A stretch of 64,000 nucleotides of DNA from Candidatus Aldehydirespirator sp. (lineage in GTDB: Bacteria > Actinomycetota > Acidimicrobiia > Acidimicrobiales > Aldehydirespiratoraceae): contig OZ244866.1 of assembly GCA_965221185.1 (NCBI GenBank), positions 534,901 to 598,900 on the forward strand. The letters run 5' to 3'. The position numbers and the translations under genes are program-made. A model generated the notes under the pieces. It saw nothing but the letters and a program-made list of their open reading frames with translations, did no database searches and was not told the origin of the DNA. The stretch's first letter is position 1. Every line of letters starts with the position of its first letter. Shown one piece after another: positions 1-8,633 of this stretch.

Positions 1-894
1 CCGCACGGCCCAGCGGGCCGCACCCACTAGATCGGCTCCATCCACGAGAGCGTCGGCGAGGGCTCCGCAGAAGGCGTCGCCGGCGGCGGTGGTGTCGACC
101 GGCTCGACCGCCGGCGCGGGCACGTGGGTCGCCTCGGTGGGCGTGACGACCATCGCCCCGGCCGCTCCCAGGGTCACCACCACGGCCGCAACCGGCAGCC
201 CGCGGGCCAGCGCCACCGCGGTCGCGGGGTCCACGTCTCCGATGGCGGACAGCCCGGCGTGGCCGGCCATCGTGGCCAACTCGGTCTGGTTGGGCACGAG
301 CACGTCCACGCCGTCGAGCACATCGGGGGGCAACGGCGCCGCCGGCGCGGGAGCGGGATTCAGCACCACGAGGCCACGGGCGGAACTCACCGCGGCCGCA
401 ACTGCCTCGAGGGGCACCTCGAGCTGCAGCAGCACCACCGCCGCGGCCCCGACCGCTTCGGCGGACTCCGCCACATCGGCGGCGCTGAAGCGGCCGTTGG
501 CGCCCGGGCTCACCACGACGGTGTTGTCGCCGTCGGCACTTACCGCGATCAGCGCGATGCCACTCGGGGTGTCGGTGGTGGTGTGCAGGCTGGTCGTGTC
601 GACGCCGGCGGAGGCAAGCGCCGCCCTCAGGATCGCCCCGGCGTCGTCGTCGCCAACCCGTCCGACCATGGCGACCCGCCGGCCGAGGCGGGCCGCGGCG
701 ACGGCCTGGTTGGCGCCCTTGCCGCCGGGGATGAGCCGCAGATCGCCGCCCAGCACCGTCTCGCCCGCCACCGGGATGGTCGCGACGTCCACCACCAAGT
801 CGAGGTTGGCGCTCCCCACGACGACCACCTCGGCGCGGGCGCTCTCCGGCCCGTCTCTGCGGGCGGTCCCGGTCGCGTCGTGCGGCTCGCTCAT
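1..894 (-). CDS. rbsK: Ribokinase (PfkB family), partial; C-terminus lies beyond the window start
   Basis: Not in the ORF track because it is open at the window edge. My minus-strand translation from the ATG at 894-892 gives MSEPHDATG..VVVVGSANLDLVVDV..GETVLGG..IPGGKGANQAVAAARLG..VGDDDAG..SPGANG..VEPVDTTAAGDAFCGA. These are the classic ribokinase GG, GANQA and DTxGAGD motifs. Confidence 0.8.
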   Translation of the reverse strand, partial: MSEPHDATGTARRDGPESARAEVVVVGSANLDLVVDVATIPVAGETVLGGDLRLIPGGKGANQAVAAARLGRRVAMVGRVGDDDAGAILRAALASAGVDTTSLHTTTDTPSGIALIAVSADGDNTVVVSPGANGRFSAADVAESAEAVGAAAVVLLQLEVPLEAVAAAVSSARGLVVLNPAPAPAAPLPPDVLDGVDVLVPNQTELATMAGHAGLSAIGDVDPATAVALARGLPVAAVVVTLGAAGAMVVTPTEATHVPAPAVEPVDTTAAGDAFCGALADALVDGADLVGAARWAVR

Positions 895-948
895 CACCAC
901 CTCCCGCTTCACACAGTCACACTGCTTCCCCACTGTAGGGTCGCCGAC

Positions 949-1368
949 ATGGACCGGCTGCTTGCATTCCCTGGCGGGACCGTCCCGGTGGAGGCTGTGA
1001 ATTGGCGCTTCGGCCCCTCGGGCGGCCCCGGCGGCCAGCACGCCAACCGGGCGAGCACGCGGGTGGAGGCTGTCCTCGACCTCACAACGGCCGGCGATGT
1101 GGTGCCAGCGGCCCGTGAGCGGCTCATCGACCAGTTCGGTGCCGAGCTGCGGGTGGTGGTGGACGACACGCGGTCGCAGGCTCGCAACCGCGACATCGCG
1201 CTCGACCGGCTGCAGGCGCGGCTTCGCGACGGGGTCGCCGTCACCCAGCCGAGGAAGCCGACCCGCCCGTCGGGGCGGTCTCGCCGGCGTCGCCTCGCCA
1301 AGAAGCGCCAGCGGTCGGAAACCAAGCGGGGCCGAGGCCCCATCGACCCGTCCAGCTTCGACGGCTAA
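949..1368 (+). CDS. arfB: Alternative ribosome-rescue factor ArfB (GGQ peptidyl-tRNA hydrolase domain with basic C-terminal tail)
   Basis: In-frame ATG at 949 inside ORF 124..1368. It has SGGPGGQHANRASTRVE (GGQ motif), then ..DDTRSQARNRDIALDRL.., then a basic tail PRKPTRPSGRSRRRRLAKKRQRSETKRGR. About 139 aa, the typical ArfB size. Confidence 0.75.
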   Translation: MDRLLAFPGGTVPVEAVNWRFGPSGGPGGQHANRASTRVEAVLDLTTAGDVVPAARERLIDQFGAELRVVVDDTRSQARNRDIALDRLQARLRDGVAVTQPRKPTRPSGRSRRRRLAKKRQRSETKRGRGPIDPSSFDG

Positions 1369-1416
1369 GAGGCCGAGCGAATAGGCGCGAACCACTAGGC
1401 GACTTCGCAAGGCGCT

Positions 1417-1524
1417 GAGCGAGGCCCCGGGCCCGAGCGGCCCGTGAGCGCAGTGAACGAGAGCGGGGAACTTAGGCCCGAGCGGCCCGTGAGCGCAGCG
1501 AACAAGAGCGGGAAACACAACGCC
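1417..1524 (+). repeat. Two tandem copies (1417-1471, 1475-1524) of a dispersed intergenic repeat, core GGCCCGAGCGGCCCGTGAGCGCAGCGAACAAGAGCGGGAAACAC
   Basis: Direct reading. Copy 1475-1524 is identical over 50 nt to the reverse complement of 9562-9611. It is near-identical to 44525-44580. Confidence 0.9.
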
Positions 1525-1756
1525 GCACGGCAAGGCGCCAGCAACCAATTGCACTCGCTCCTAGCCGTGTGAACCATCCGGTCGGGCCGGCCGTGAACCG
1601 CCGACTTGTATGCGGCCTGTGGCGGCAGCACCGGCGGTGGGCGCGGTGCCGGAATCAAAAGCTGACTGAATAGGTCGGTTTTTAGCTGGCGGGGTTCTAC
1701 ACTCACCCGACAACACGCGCTCAACCGGAGCGGTGGGGGAGGGAGACGTTCATCCA

Positions 1757-2323
1757 ATGGCTAGCAGCACAACTACCGCATCCGCCGACAACGGCGTGAA
1801 CGTCCAAGCGCTGCTCGACGCCCGCCAGGCTCTCGGCGAGGCACCCGAGGCGGCTCAGTTCACCTGGAAAGCCAGCAACGAATGGTTGTACGGCACCCAC
1901 AGCCGCTCCTCGGTCGAGAGCTACTTCGGGCTCGGGGCCGAGCACGATCATCGCTCCGTTTTTACCTTCGAGGCCGATCACCCCGTGGTGTTCGCGGCTG
2001 AAGACAACGCGGCCACGCCGGTAGAGCTGGTTCTCGTGGGCTTGGCCAGCTGCCTGACCGCCGGGGTGGCTGCGGTGGCCCAGAATCGTGACATCCAGCT
2101 CCGGTCGGTGAAGGCGACTCTCGAGGGCAACATGGACATCCTGGGCATCCTCGGCGGTGACGCGGATGTCCGCAACGGCTTCAACGGCGTCAAGGTCTCC
2201 TACGACATCGACGCGGACGCCACCCCGGACGAGATCCGAGCCTTGGTGGCCCAGTCGCAGAAGCGGTCGGCGGTCTACGACATCATGACCAATCCGACCA
2301 ATGTGACCGTCACGGTCAACTGA
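1757..2323 (+). CDS. OsmC family peroxiredoxin/hydroperoxide reductase
   Basis: ORF 1733..2323. ATG at 1757 is preceded by GGAGGGAG. The translation has PVELVLVGLASCLTAGV and KRSAVYDIMTNP, typical of the OsmC/Ohr fold with a conserved Cys. Confidence 0.7.
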   Translation: MASSTTTASADNGVNVQALLDARQALGEAPEAAQFTWKASNEWLYGTHSRSSVESYFGLGAEHDHRSVFTFEADHPVVFAAEDNAATPVELVLVGLASCLTAGVAAVAQNRDIQLRSVKATLEGNMDILGILGGDADVRNGFNGVKVSYDIDADATPDEIRALVAQSQKRSAVYDIMTNPTNVTVTVN

Positions 2324-2345
2324 CGCACCCACAGCTGGCGGGCTA

Positions 2346-3647
2346 ATGAGGACGACGGCCGTCGTCATTGGGGCCGGGCACTCCGGCTTGGCGGTGAGCC
2401 GGCTGCTAACCGGGTGCTCGATCGACCACGTCGTGCTCGAGCGCGGCGAGGTGGCCAACTCGTGGCGCACCCAGCGCTGGGATTCGCTGCGGCTGCTCAC
2501 GCCCAACTGGCAGAGCCGGCTGCCGGGCCTCTCCTACGGAGGCGACGATCCCGACGGCTACATGTCCATGCCGGAGGTGATCGAGTTCATGTCGGGCTAC
2601 GCACGGCTCGTCGACGCTCCGGTGTTGACCCGCACCACGGTCACGTCGGTGCGATCCGGCGGGGCCGGCTACCTGGTCGGCACCGACCACGGCCCCTGGG
2701 AATGCGAAAGCGTGGTGCTTGCGACCGGCGGGTTGAGCGTGCCCAAGGTGCCGCCGCTCGGCGGAGAGCCGCCCCCGGCGGTCACTGCCCTGAGCGCCTT
2801 CGAGTACCGCAACCCGGACGCGCTGGCGCCCGGCGGGGTCCTGGTGGTGGGCGCCTCGGCCACCGGCGTGCAAATCGCCGACGAGTTGCATCGCTCCGGC
2901 CGTCCCGTCACCCTGGCCGTGGGTGAACATGTACGCATGCCTCGCCTGTACCGGGGCCGCGACATCTTCTGGTGGATGGAGCGCTCGGGCCTGCTCGACG
3001 AGCGCTACGACGAGGTCGACGACATCACGCGGGTGCGTCGCACGCCGTCGCCGCAGTTGGTGGGAACCCCTGAACGGGCCACGCTCGATCTCAACGCCCT
3101 CACCGACCAGGGGGTTCGGATGGTGGGAAGGCTCTCGGCTCTGCGCGATGGTGAGGCGCTGCTGTCGGGATCGCTGGCCAACAAGTGCGAGCTGGCCGAC
3201 CTCAAGCTGGGCCGGCTCCTGGACACATTCGATGAAATGGCCACGGAGCGTCGCCTCGACGACCTGGGGCCGCCGGAGCGCTTCGCGCCCACCAGGGTGG
3301 AGATGTCGCCGCCATTGAGGCTGGATCTGGCCCGGGGGGAGATCCGAACCATCATCTGGGCCACAGGGTTCAGGCCCGATTACTCCTGGCTTGACATGCC
3401 GGTGCTGAACCACAAGGGCCAGATCCGCCATGACGGCGGCATCGTCACCGAGTTTCCCGGTCTGTACGTGATCGGGCTCAACTTCCTGCGCCGGCGCAAG
3501 TCGAGCTTTATCCACGGCACCGAGGACGACGCCCGGGATCTAGTCTCGCATCTGGCCGCCTACCTCGACTCCTTGGTCCCCGCCGGGCGGTTGGACGTCG
3601 GGTTGAGCCGGCGGCTGGTGGAGCCGGCGGCGGCGCCTGGCGGGTGA
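2346..3647 (+). CDS. NAD(P)/FAD-dependent oxidoreductase (flavin monooxygenase / CzcO-like)
   Basis: N-terminal dinucleotide fold VVIGAGHSGLA. Second fold VLVVGASATGVQIA. ATGF motif near the C-terminus (IWATGFRPDY). Confidence 0.7.
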   Translation: MRTTAVVIGAGHSGLAVSRLLTGCSIDHVVLERGEVANSWRTQRWDSLRLLTPNWQSRLPGLSYGGDDPDGYMSMPEVIEFMSGYARLVDAPVLTRTTVTSVRSGGAGYLVGTDHGPWECESVVLATGGLSVPKVPPLGGEPPPAVTALSAFEYRNPDALAPGGVLVVGASATGVQIADELHRSGRPVTLAVGEHVRMPRLYRGRDIFWWMERSGLLDERYDEVDDITRVRRTPSPQLVGTPERATLDLNALTDQGVRMVGRLSALRDGEALLSGSLANKCELADLKLGRLLDTFDEMATERRLDDLGPPERFAPTRVEMSPPLRLDLARGEIRTIIWATGFRPDYSWLDMPVLNHKGQIRHDGGIVTEFPGLYVIGLNFLRRRKSSFIHGTEDDARDLVSHLAAYLDSLVPAGRLDVGLSRRLVEPAAAPGG

Positions 3648-3677
3648 GGGCTCGAGCAGAGGCCCGCCCGCCGCGGA

Positions 3678-4841
3678 TCAGCCCTCGGCGGAAGCTATGA
3701 ACGGGACCTGGAAGGTGCCGTCGATCACTTCCTGCTGACGGGTCTCGAAGAGATCCATCGCCTCGGCGGAGATGGAGGCTGCGCTGTAGTCGGGGTTGAC
3801 CTGGACCTCGAAGCCACCGTCGCTCATCAGCACGTCGTAGGTGGGCTGGAAGTTGTCGGCCTTGATGTCCTCCACCATCCGGCGGTAGGTCTCGCCGATC
3901 TGCCAGGCCATGGACGCCACCACGTTGTCGGGGGCCAGGGCCGACTCGTCGTACACGTAGCCGAAGGCCGACAGCCCCTGCTCGCGGGTCTCTTGGATCA
4001 TGCCGAACGATCCGGCGTTGCCGCAGGCCACGAACACGTCCGCACCCTGCTCGGCCTGAGCCGCGGTGGCCTCCTTGGCCAGCGCGGCGTCCACCCAGGA
4101 GCCCAGGAACGCGTCGAGGCGCGTGGCGTCGGGTCGCACCTCTTGCACGCCGAGCAGGAACGCCTCGACGGTGGCACGGCACACGGGAATGTCGTAGCCC
4201 GAGTTGGCGCCGATCACGCCCGACTCGGTGATGCCGCCCGCGAGGATGCCCGAGAGGTACGCGGGCTCGTGCATCGGCATGAAGTAGTCGGTGATGTTGG
4301 GGCCGTCCACGCCGCAGAAGCCGCCGCAGGATCCCTGCCAGGCGAACTTGACGTCGGGATAGTCCGGCGCCATCTCGTGGATGGGCGCTCCGTAGTCGAA
4401 GGAGTGGCCGATCACGAGCTGCACGCCCTCCTCGGCGAATCCGCTCATCACCCGGGTCGCGCCCTGGGCGTCGAAGGGGGCGTCGTCCACGTACTGCAGG
4501 TCGATCAGGCCCTCGGACTCGAGCAGCTTGACGCCCTCGTAGGCGGCCTGGCACCAGGACAGGTCATTGAGGGCGCAGGGCAGCAGGATGGCCACGCTCA
4601 CCCTCTCGTCGGCCATGGCTTCGGGTTCCTCGGCGGCGGGCTCGGGTTCCTCGGCGGCGGGCTCGGGTTCCTCGGCGGGGGTTTCCGGTTCCTCGGCAGC
4701 GGGCTCGGGCTCCTCGGCCGCGGGGGCCGTCGTGGGCTCGGGCTCGGGCGCAGTCTCCTCGGTGGACGCCTCGTCGTCGCCGCAGGCCGCGGCGAGCAGG
4801 ACGAACACGGCCAACAGGGCAAGGACGCGTCGCGTGGTCAT
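3678..4841 (-). CDS. BMP-family (PnrA/Med-like) ABC transporter substrate-binding lipoprotein
   Basis: Signal peptide plus lipobox LLAAAC, then a PEPAAEE repeat linker. The body resembles BMP-family nucleoside/purine binding proteins. It is the last gene of the ABC operon. Confidence 0.75.
   Translation of the reverse strand: MTTRRVLALLAVFVLLAAACGDDEASTEETAPEPEPTTAPAAEEPEPAAEEPETPAEEPEPAAEEPEPAAEEPEAMADERVSVAILLPCALNDLSWCQAAYEGVKLLESEGLIDLQYVDDAPFDAQGATRVMSGFAEEGVQLVIGHSFDYGAPIHEMAPDYPDVKFAWQGSCGGFCGVDGPNITDYFMPMHEPAYLSGILAGGITESGVIGANSGYDIPVCRATVEAFLLGVQEVRPDATRLDAFLGSWVDAALAKEATAAQAEQGADVFVACGNAGSFGMIQETREQGLSAFGYVYDESALAPDNVVASMAWQIGETYRRMVEDIKADNFQPTYDVLMSDGGFEVQVNPDYSAASISAEAMDLFETRQQEVIDGTFQVPFIASAEG
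4617..4722 (-). repeat. In-frame 21-bp tandem repeat x5 encoding an (A/P)AEEPEP linker in the BMP lipoprotein
   Basis: Direct reading of cgggttcctcggcggcgggct-type units. The translation is AAEEPEPAAEEPETPAEEPEPAAEEPEPAAEEPEA. Confidence 0.85.
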
Positions 4842-4916
4842 AGGGAATCTGCCTCCAGGGGCTCGGTATACCGTGACGGCACAGTATCTGGCCGGGCCGC
4901 AGGGGCCGTTATCCGG

Positions 4917-5888
4917 CTAGGAAGACCTCGCACCCTTGATGTAGGGGACTCCCAACGACTCGGGCTGGGCGTCGGTGCGGGCCCGCGCCGTGGCCACTAC
5001 CACCACCACGATCGTCACCAGATAGGGCAGAGCCTGGAAGAACTCGAACGGGACGTTGCTCTCGATGCCGCCGCTGGCGGACTGGATCCGCAGCTGGAGC
5101 GCGTCGGTGAACCCGAACAGGAAGGCACCGGCCGCGACCCGCAGCGGGCTCCAGCGACCGAATATCACCAGGGCGATGGCCACCCAGCCCCGGCCCGCGG
5201 TCACGTTCTGGGTGAACAGACCCAGCTGGCCGACCACCAGCACCGCCCCGCCCAGGCCGGCCATGGCTCCCGAGGCGAGTATGGCGGCCGACCTGATGCG
5301 GTCGACGTTTGTGCCGGCGGCGTCGGCCGCTCCGGGCCGGTCGCCCGCGGCCCGCACCGCCAGCCCGAACCGGGTCCGGTGCAGTGTCCACGACACGCTG
5401 ATGATGAGGGCGACCGCGACGTACACCAGCGGGCTCTGGTCGAAGACAACGCTTCCCAGCCCGGGAATGGCGCCGAGCACGGGAATCTCCAGCTTCTGCA
5501 TGGGATCGAAGCGTTCAGGCGAGGTCACCCCGAACAGCCGCACATGCAAGAAGCTGGTGAGCCCCTGCGCCAGCAGAACCAAGGCGATGCCGTTGATCAC
5601 TTGCTCGGTCTTCAGCCTCACGCTGAACAGCGCCATCAGCATTCCGATGAACACGCCGCCGCCGATCCCGCCTGCGACCCCCAACCAGGGCTCGCCGCTG
5701 TAGTGCGTGGCCAGAAATGCCGCGTAGGCGCCCGAGAGCATCATCCCCTCCAGGCTCAGATTCAGCACCCCCGCCCTCTGGCACAGCGACTCGCCCACCG
5801 CGGCCAGCCCGGTGGGTACGGCCAGCCGGATCGAGGCGTTGAGCAGGGGGATGATGGCCGCCGCGCCGAAGACTGCACCCCAGTTCAC
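4917..5888 (-). CDS. ABC transporter permease (BMP/nucleoside-type, second permease)
   Basis: 323-aa polytopic membrane protein, positioned between the first permease and the BMP binding protein. Confidence 0.75.
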   Translation of the reverse strand: MNWGAVFGAAAIIPLLNASIRLAVPTGLAAVGESLCQRAGVLNLSLEGMMLSGAYAAFLATHYSGEPWLGVAGGIGGGVFIGMLMALFSVRLKTEQVINGIALVLLAQGLTSFLHVRLFGVTSPERFDPMQKLEIPVLGAIPGLGSVVFDQSPLVYVAVALIISVSWTLHRTRFGLAVRAAGDRPGAADAAGTNVDRIRSAAILASGAMAGLGGAVLVVGQLGLFTQNVTAGRGWVAIALVIFGRWSPLRVAAGAFLFGFTDALQLRIQSASGGIESNVPFEFFQALPYLVTIVVVVVATARARTDAQPESLGVPYIKGARSS

Positions 5889-5919
5889 GCCGAGCTCCCG
5901 ACCGATCTGAGAGCCGCGC

Positions 5920-7011
5920 TCATCGGCTCCTCCTTCCCACTTTGTCGGCCACCAGGATCAACAGCACGAACAGGGCCTGGATCACGATGGTCAGCACCCG
6001 GGGCACCTGTTGGGTGCGCTGGATCACGTCGCCCCCGAGGGTTAGCGCCCCGATCAGCACCGCGGCCACCAGCACCCCGACGGGGCGCATGCGGGCGACG
6101 AGGGCGACGATTATGGCGGTGAATCCGAAGCCCGGAGAGATGTTGCCGGTCAGCCTCGACTCCGGCCCCATCACCTGCAGGATCCCGGCCATCCCGGCGA
6201 ATGCTCCCGAGACGACCATCACCGTGGTGATGAGCCGTCCGGTCCGCACCCCGGCGGCCTCGGTGGCGTCGCGATTCAGCCCCATCATCCGAGTGTGGAA
6301 CCCGAACGGGGTCCGCCTCATGACGTAGGCCACGACCGGGATCAGCCCCAGCCCGATCAGCAGTCCGATGTGGACTCGAAAACCCGGCACGTCGGGCAGG
6401 CGGGCCGCGTCGGGAAGCGTCTCGGACACCGGCTGGAAGCCGACTGGGTCTCGCAGCGGCTTGCGGATCGTGTACTCGAGGGTCCGCAGAGCAACGTAGT
6501 TCAACAGCAGCGAGGAGATGACCTCGTTCACGCTCCAGCGGGCCCGCAGGAAGCCGGCCACCCAGCCCCAAGCCCCCCCGGCGGCCGCGCCGACCAGACA
6601 TGCGGCCGGGATCATGACCGCACGGGTGCTGATCGGGGCATAGATGGCGAAGGCGCCGCCGGCCAGGGCCCCCATCAGGAGCTGGCCCTCGGCTCCGATG
6701 TTCCACACCCGAGCCCGGAACGCCACGGCCAGGCCGAGCCCGATCAACAACAGGGGAGCGGTCTCCACCAGCACGAGGCTGAAGCCGAAGCGCGAGCCGA
6801 AGGTGCCGCTGAACATGTCGGCGTAGGCCTGGAGGGGGTTGGCACCGGAAAGGGCCAGCAGGACCCCGCCTAGCACGAACGCGGTGGCGACCGCAGCTGC
6901 CGACAGTCCCAGGGAGCTGAGTCGGGAACTCCAGCGCGCGACGGTGCTGGCCGCGTCGTGCCCGCGGTCCGGCTGGCCCAAGGGATCCACAGGGTTGACT
7001 TGAGCGGTCAC
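5920..7011 (-). CDS. ABC transporter permease (BMP/nucleoside-type, first permease)
   Basis: C-terminal 364 codons of ORF 5920..7620. The GTG start at 7011-7009 overlaps the ATPase stop (GTGA). The sequence from VTAQVNPVD.. onward is hydrophobic and polytopic. Confidence 0.7.
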   Translation of the reverse strand: MTAQVNPVDPLGQPDRGHDAASTVARWSSRLSSLGLSAAAVATAFVLGGVLLALSGANPLQAYADMFSGTFGSRFGFSLVLVETAPLLLIGLGLAVAFRARVWNIGAEGQLLMGALAGGAFAIYAPISTRAVMIPAACLVGAAAGGAWGWVAGFLRARWSVNEVISSLLLNYVALRTLEYTIRKPLRDPVGFQPVSETLPDAARLPDVPGFRVHIGLLIGLGLIPVVAYVMRRTPFGFHTRMMGLNRDATEAAGVRTGRLITTVMVVSGAFAGMAGILQVMGPESRLTGNISPGFGFTAIIVALVARMRPVGVLVAAVLIGALTLGGDVIQRTQQVPRVLTIVIQALFVLLILVADKVGRRSR

Positions 7012-8633
7012 CGCGTCGCAGCCCTCTCGGCTCGGCTGCCCGCTCCGCCCATCGCCATGCCGATCGCCTCCCTGTCCAGTGGAGTCTCGACGAGCCGGCC
7101 TCGGTAGATCACGAAACACCGGTCGGACAGGGCCGTGACCTCGTTGAGGTCCGTGGTGATCAACAGCACCGCGACCCCCGCATCGCGTTGATTCCTGATC
7201 TGGTTCCACACGAATTCGATGGCCCCGACGTCCAGCCCTCTGGTGGGCTGAGCGGCGATCAGGAGCTGCAGGTCGGTGCCGAGGGCGCGGGCCAGCACGA
7301 CCTTCTGCGCGTTCCCCCCCGACAGCGTGGAGGCAGGGGCCGACGGGCTTCGCACCGCGATGGAGAACCGTCCCACCAGGTCGGCGCCCCGAGCGGCCAC
7401 CGCCCTGGGGTCGATCCAGAGCCGGCGGCCGTACGGGGCCCTGTCGATGCGGTCGTAAACGAGGTTCTCGGCCACCGACAGCCCGCGGATCAGACCGCGG
7501 CGGTAGCGATCGGACGGGATGATGCCCACACCGGCGTCCAGCAGTTGCCGGGGAGTTGCATCGGTGACGTCGGCTTGGCCGAGGCGTATCCGTCCCGAGG
7601 CCGGCTGGCTCAGCCCGCACAGGACCGCCTCCAGTTCGGCCTGGCCGTTGCCCTCGACACCCGCGATGGTCACGATCTCGCAGGCTCGCACCTCCAGGCT
7701 CACGTCCACGAAGTCCCTGGCGTGCTCTCCGCTGGTTCCGGCCACCGATGTCGATGACAGATCCTCGAGCGTCAGCACGGCCGGACCCGCCGAGGCCGAG
7801 GCGGCCCTCGCATCGGCTTCCTCGACCTCGCCGACCTCGCTGAGCATTGTCACTTCCCGGCCCACCATCAGCCGGGCCAGCTCCAGCGGGCTGGTCACCT
7901 CCGCGGGCAGCGTGGCCACGTTGGCTCCGGCCCGCAGAACGGTTATCCGATCGGCCGCGGTCATCACCTCGTCGAGGTGGTGCGTGATCATCACGATGGC
8001 GGTGCCAGCAGACGCCATGGCCTGCAACTGCTCGATCAGATGGTCTATCTCCACCGGTGAGAGCGTGGCCGTCGGCTCGTCGAGGATCAGGATCCTCGCG
8101 CCCCGATACAGCGCCCGGAGAATCTCCACCCGCTGCTGCTCTCCCACCGAGAGGTCCCCGACCAGCGAGGCTGCCGAGACCGGCAGCCCGTAGCGCTCGC
8201 CCAGGTCCTCGATGGCGGAGGCCACCTCGGCCAGGTCGGGAAGCCTGATCCGGCGGCCCTGGCTGGCGCCCAAGATCACGTTCTCCGCCACTGACAGCCG
8301 CGGCACGAGCTGGAAGTGTTGGTGGACCATGCCGATGCCGGCCTCGATGGCATCGTGCGCGGATCGGAGGTGCACCCGCTCGCCGTCGATCTCAATGGTC
8401 CCCTCGTCGGGGCGCTCCAGTCCGTAGAGCAGGTTCATGAGCGTCGTCTTGCCCGCACCGTTCTCGCCCAATAGCGCGTGGATCTCGCCGAAGTACAGGT
8501 CGAAGTTGGCGCCGGCGACTGCGGTGACGGACCCGAACCGCTTGGTAATGCCGCGCATCGCGACCACCGGGCCCGAGCCGGACCGGCCCGAGCCGCGGCC
8601 GTCCGCCGGCCGGTCCTGGTCCGTGACCATCAC
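7008..8633 (-). CDS. ABC transporter ATP-binding protein with two fused ATPase domains
   Basis: Walker A GENGAGKTT, signature LSVGEQQRVEI and Walker B ILILDEPT. The second domain has LSGGNAQKVVLA and LLIAAQPTRGLD. Confidence 0.85.
   Translation of the reverse strand: MMVTDQDRPADGRGSGRSGSGPVVAMRGITKRFGSVTAVAGANFDLYFGEIHALLGENGAGKTTLMNLLYGLERPDEGTIEIDGERVHLRSAHDAIEAGIGMVHQHFQLVPRLSVAENVILGASQGRRIRLPDLAEVASAIEDLGERYGLPVSAASLVGDLSVGEQQRVEILRALYRGARILILDEPTATLSPVEIDHLIEQLQAMASAGTAIVMITHHLDEVMTAADRITVLRAGANVATLPAEVTSPLELARLMVGREVTMLSEVGEVEEADARAASASAGPAVLTLEDLSSTSVAGTSGEHARDFVDVSLEVRACEIVTIAGVEGNGQAELEAVLCGLSQPASGRIRLGQADVTDATPRQLLDAGVGIIPSDRYRRGLIRGLSVAENLVYDRIDRAPYGRRLWIDPRAVAARGADLVGRFSIAVRSPSAPASTLSGGNAQKVVLARALGTDLQLLIAAQPTRGLDVGAIEFVWNQIRNQRDAGVAVLLITTDLNEVTALSDRCFVIYRGRLVETPLDREAIGMAMGGAGSRAERAATR

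Noticed and set aside
1395-1757. A 120-aa minus-strand ORF, and ORFs 9566..9757 and part of 43608..45236, that translate the dispersed repeat as CFPLLFAALTGRSG
   Set aside because: The peptide similarity simply reflects the nucleotide repeat. The flanking ORF sequence is not conserved between copies, start/RBS contexts differ, and the copies lie in obvious intergenic gaps.
3993-6122. A 709-aa ORF on the + strand, and similar very long ORFs at 36393..38528, 56112..58124, 43608..45236, 42538..43533 and 9541..10716
   Set aside because: They run antisense to, or out of frame with, genes that have clear family motifs (BMP/permease, helicase, MgtE, ABC-2, ABC ATPase, cyclase). Their translations are Arg/Gly/Pro/His-rich low-complexity strings, typical of stop-codon-poor shadow frames in high-GC DNA.
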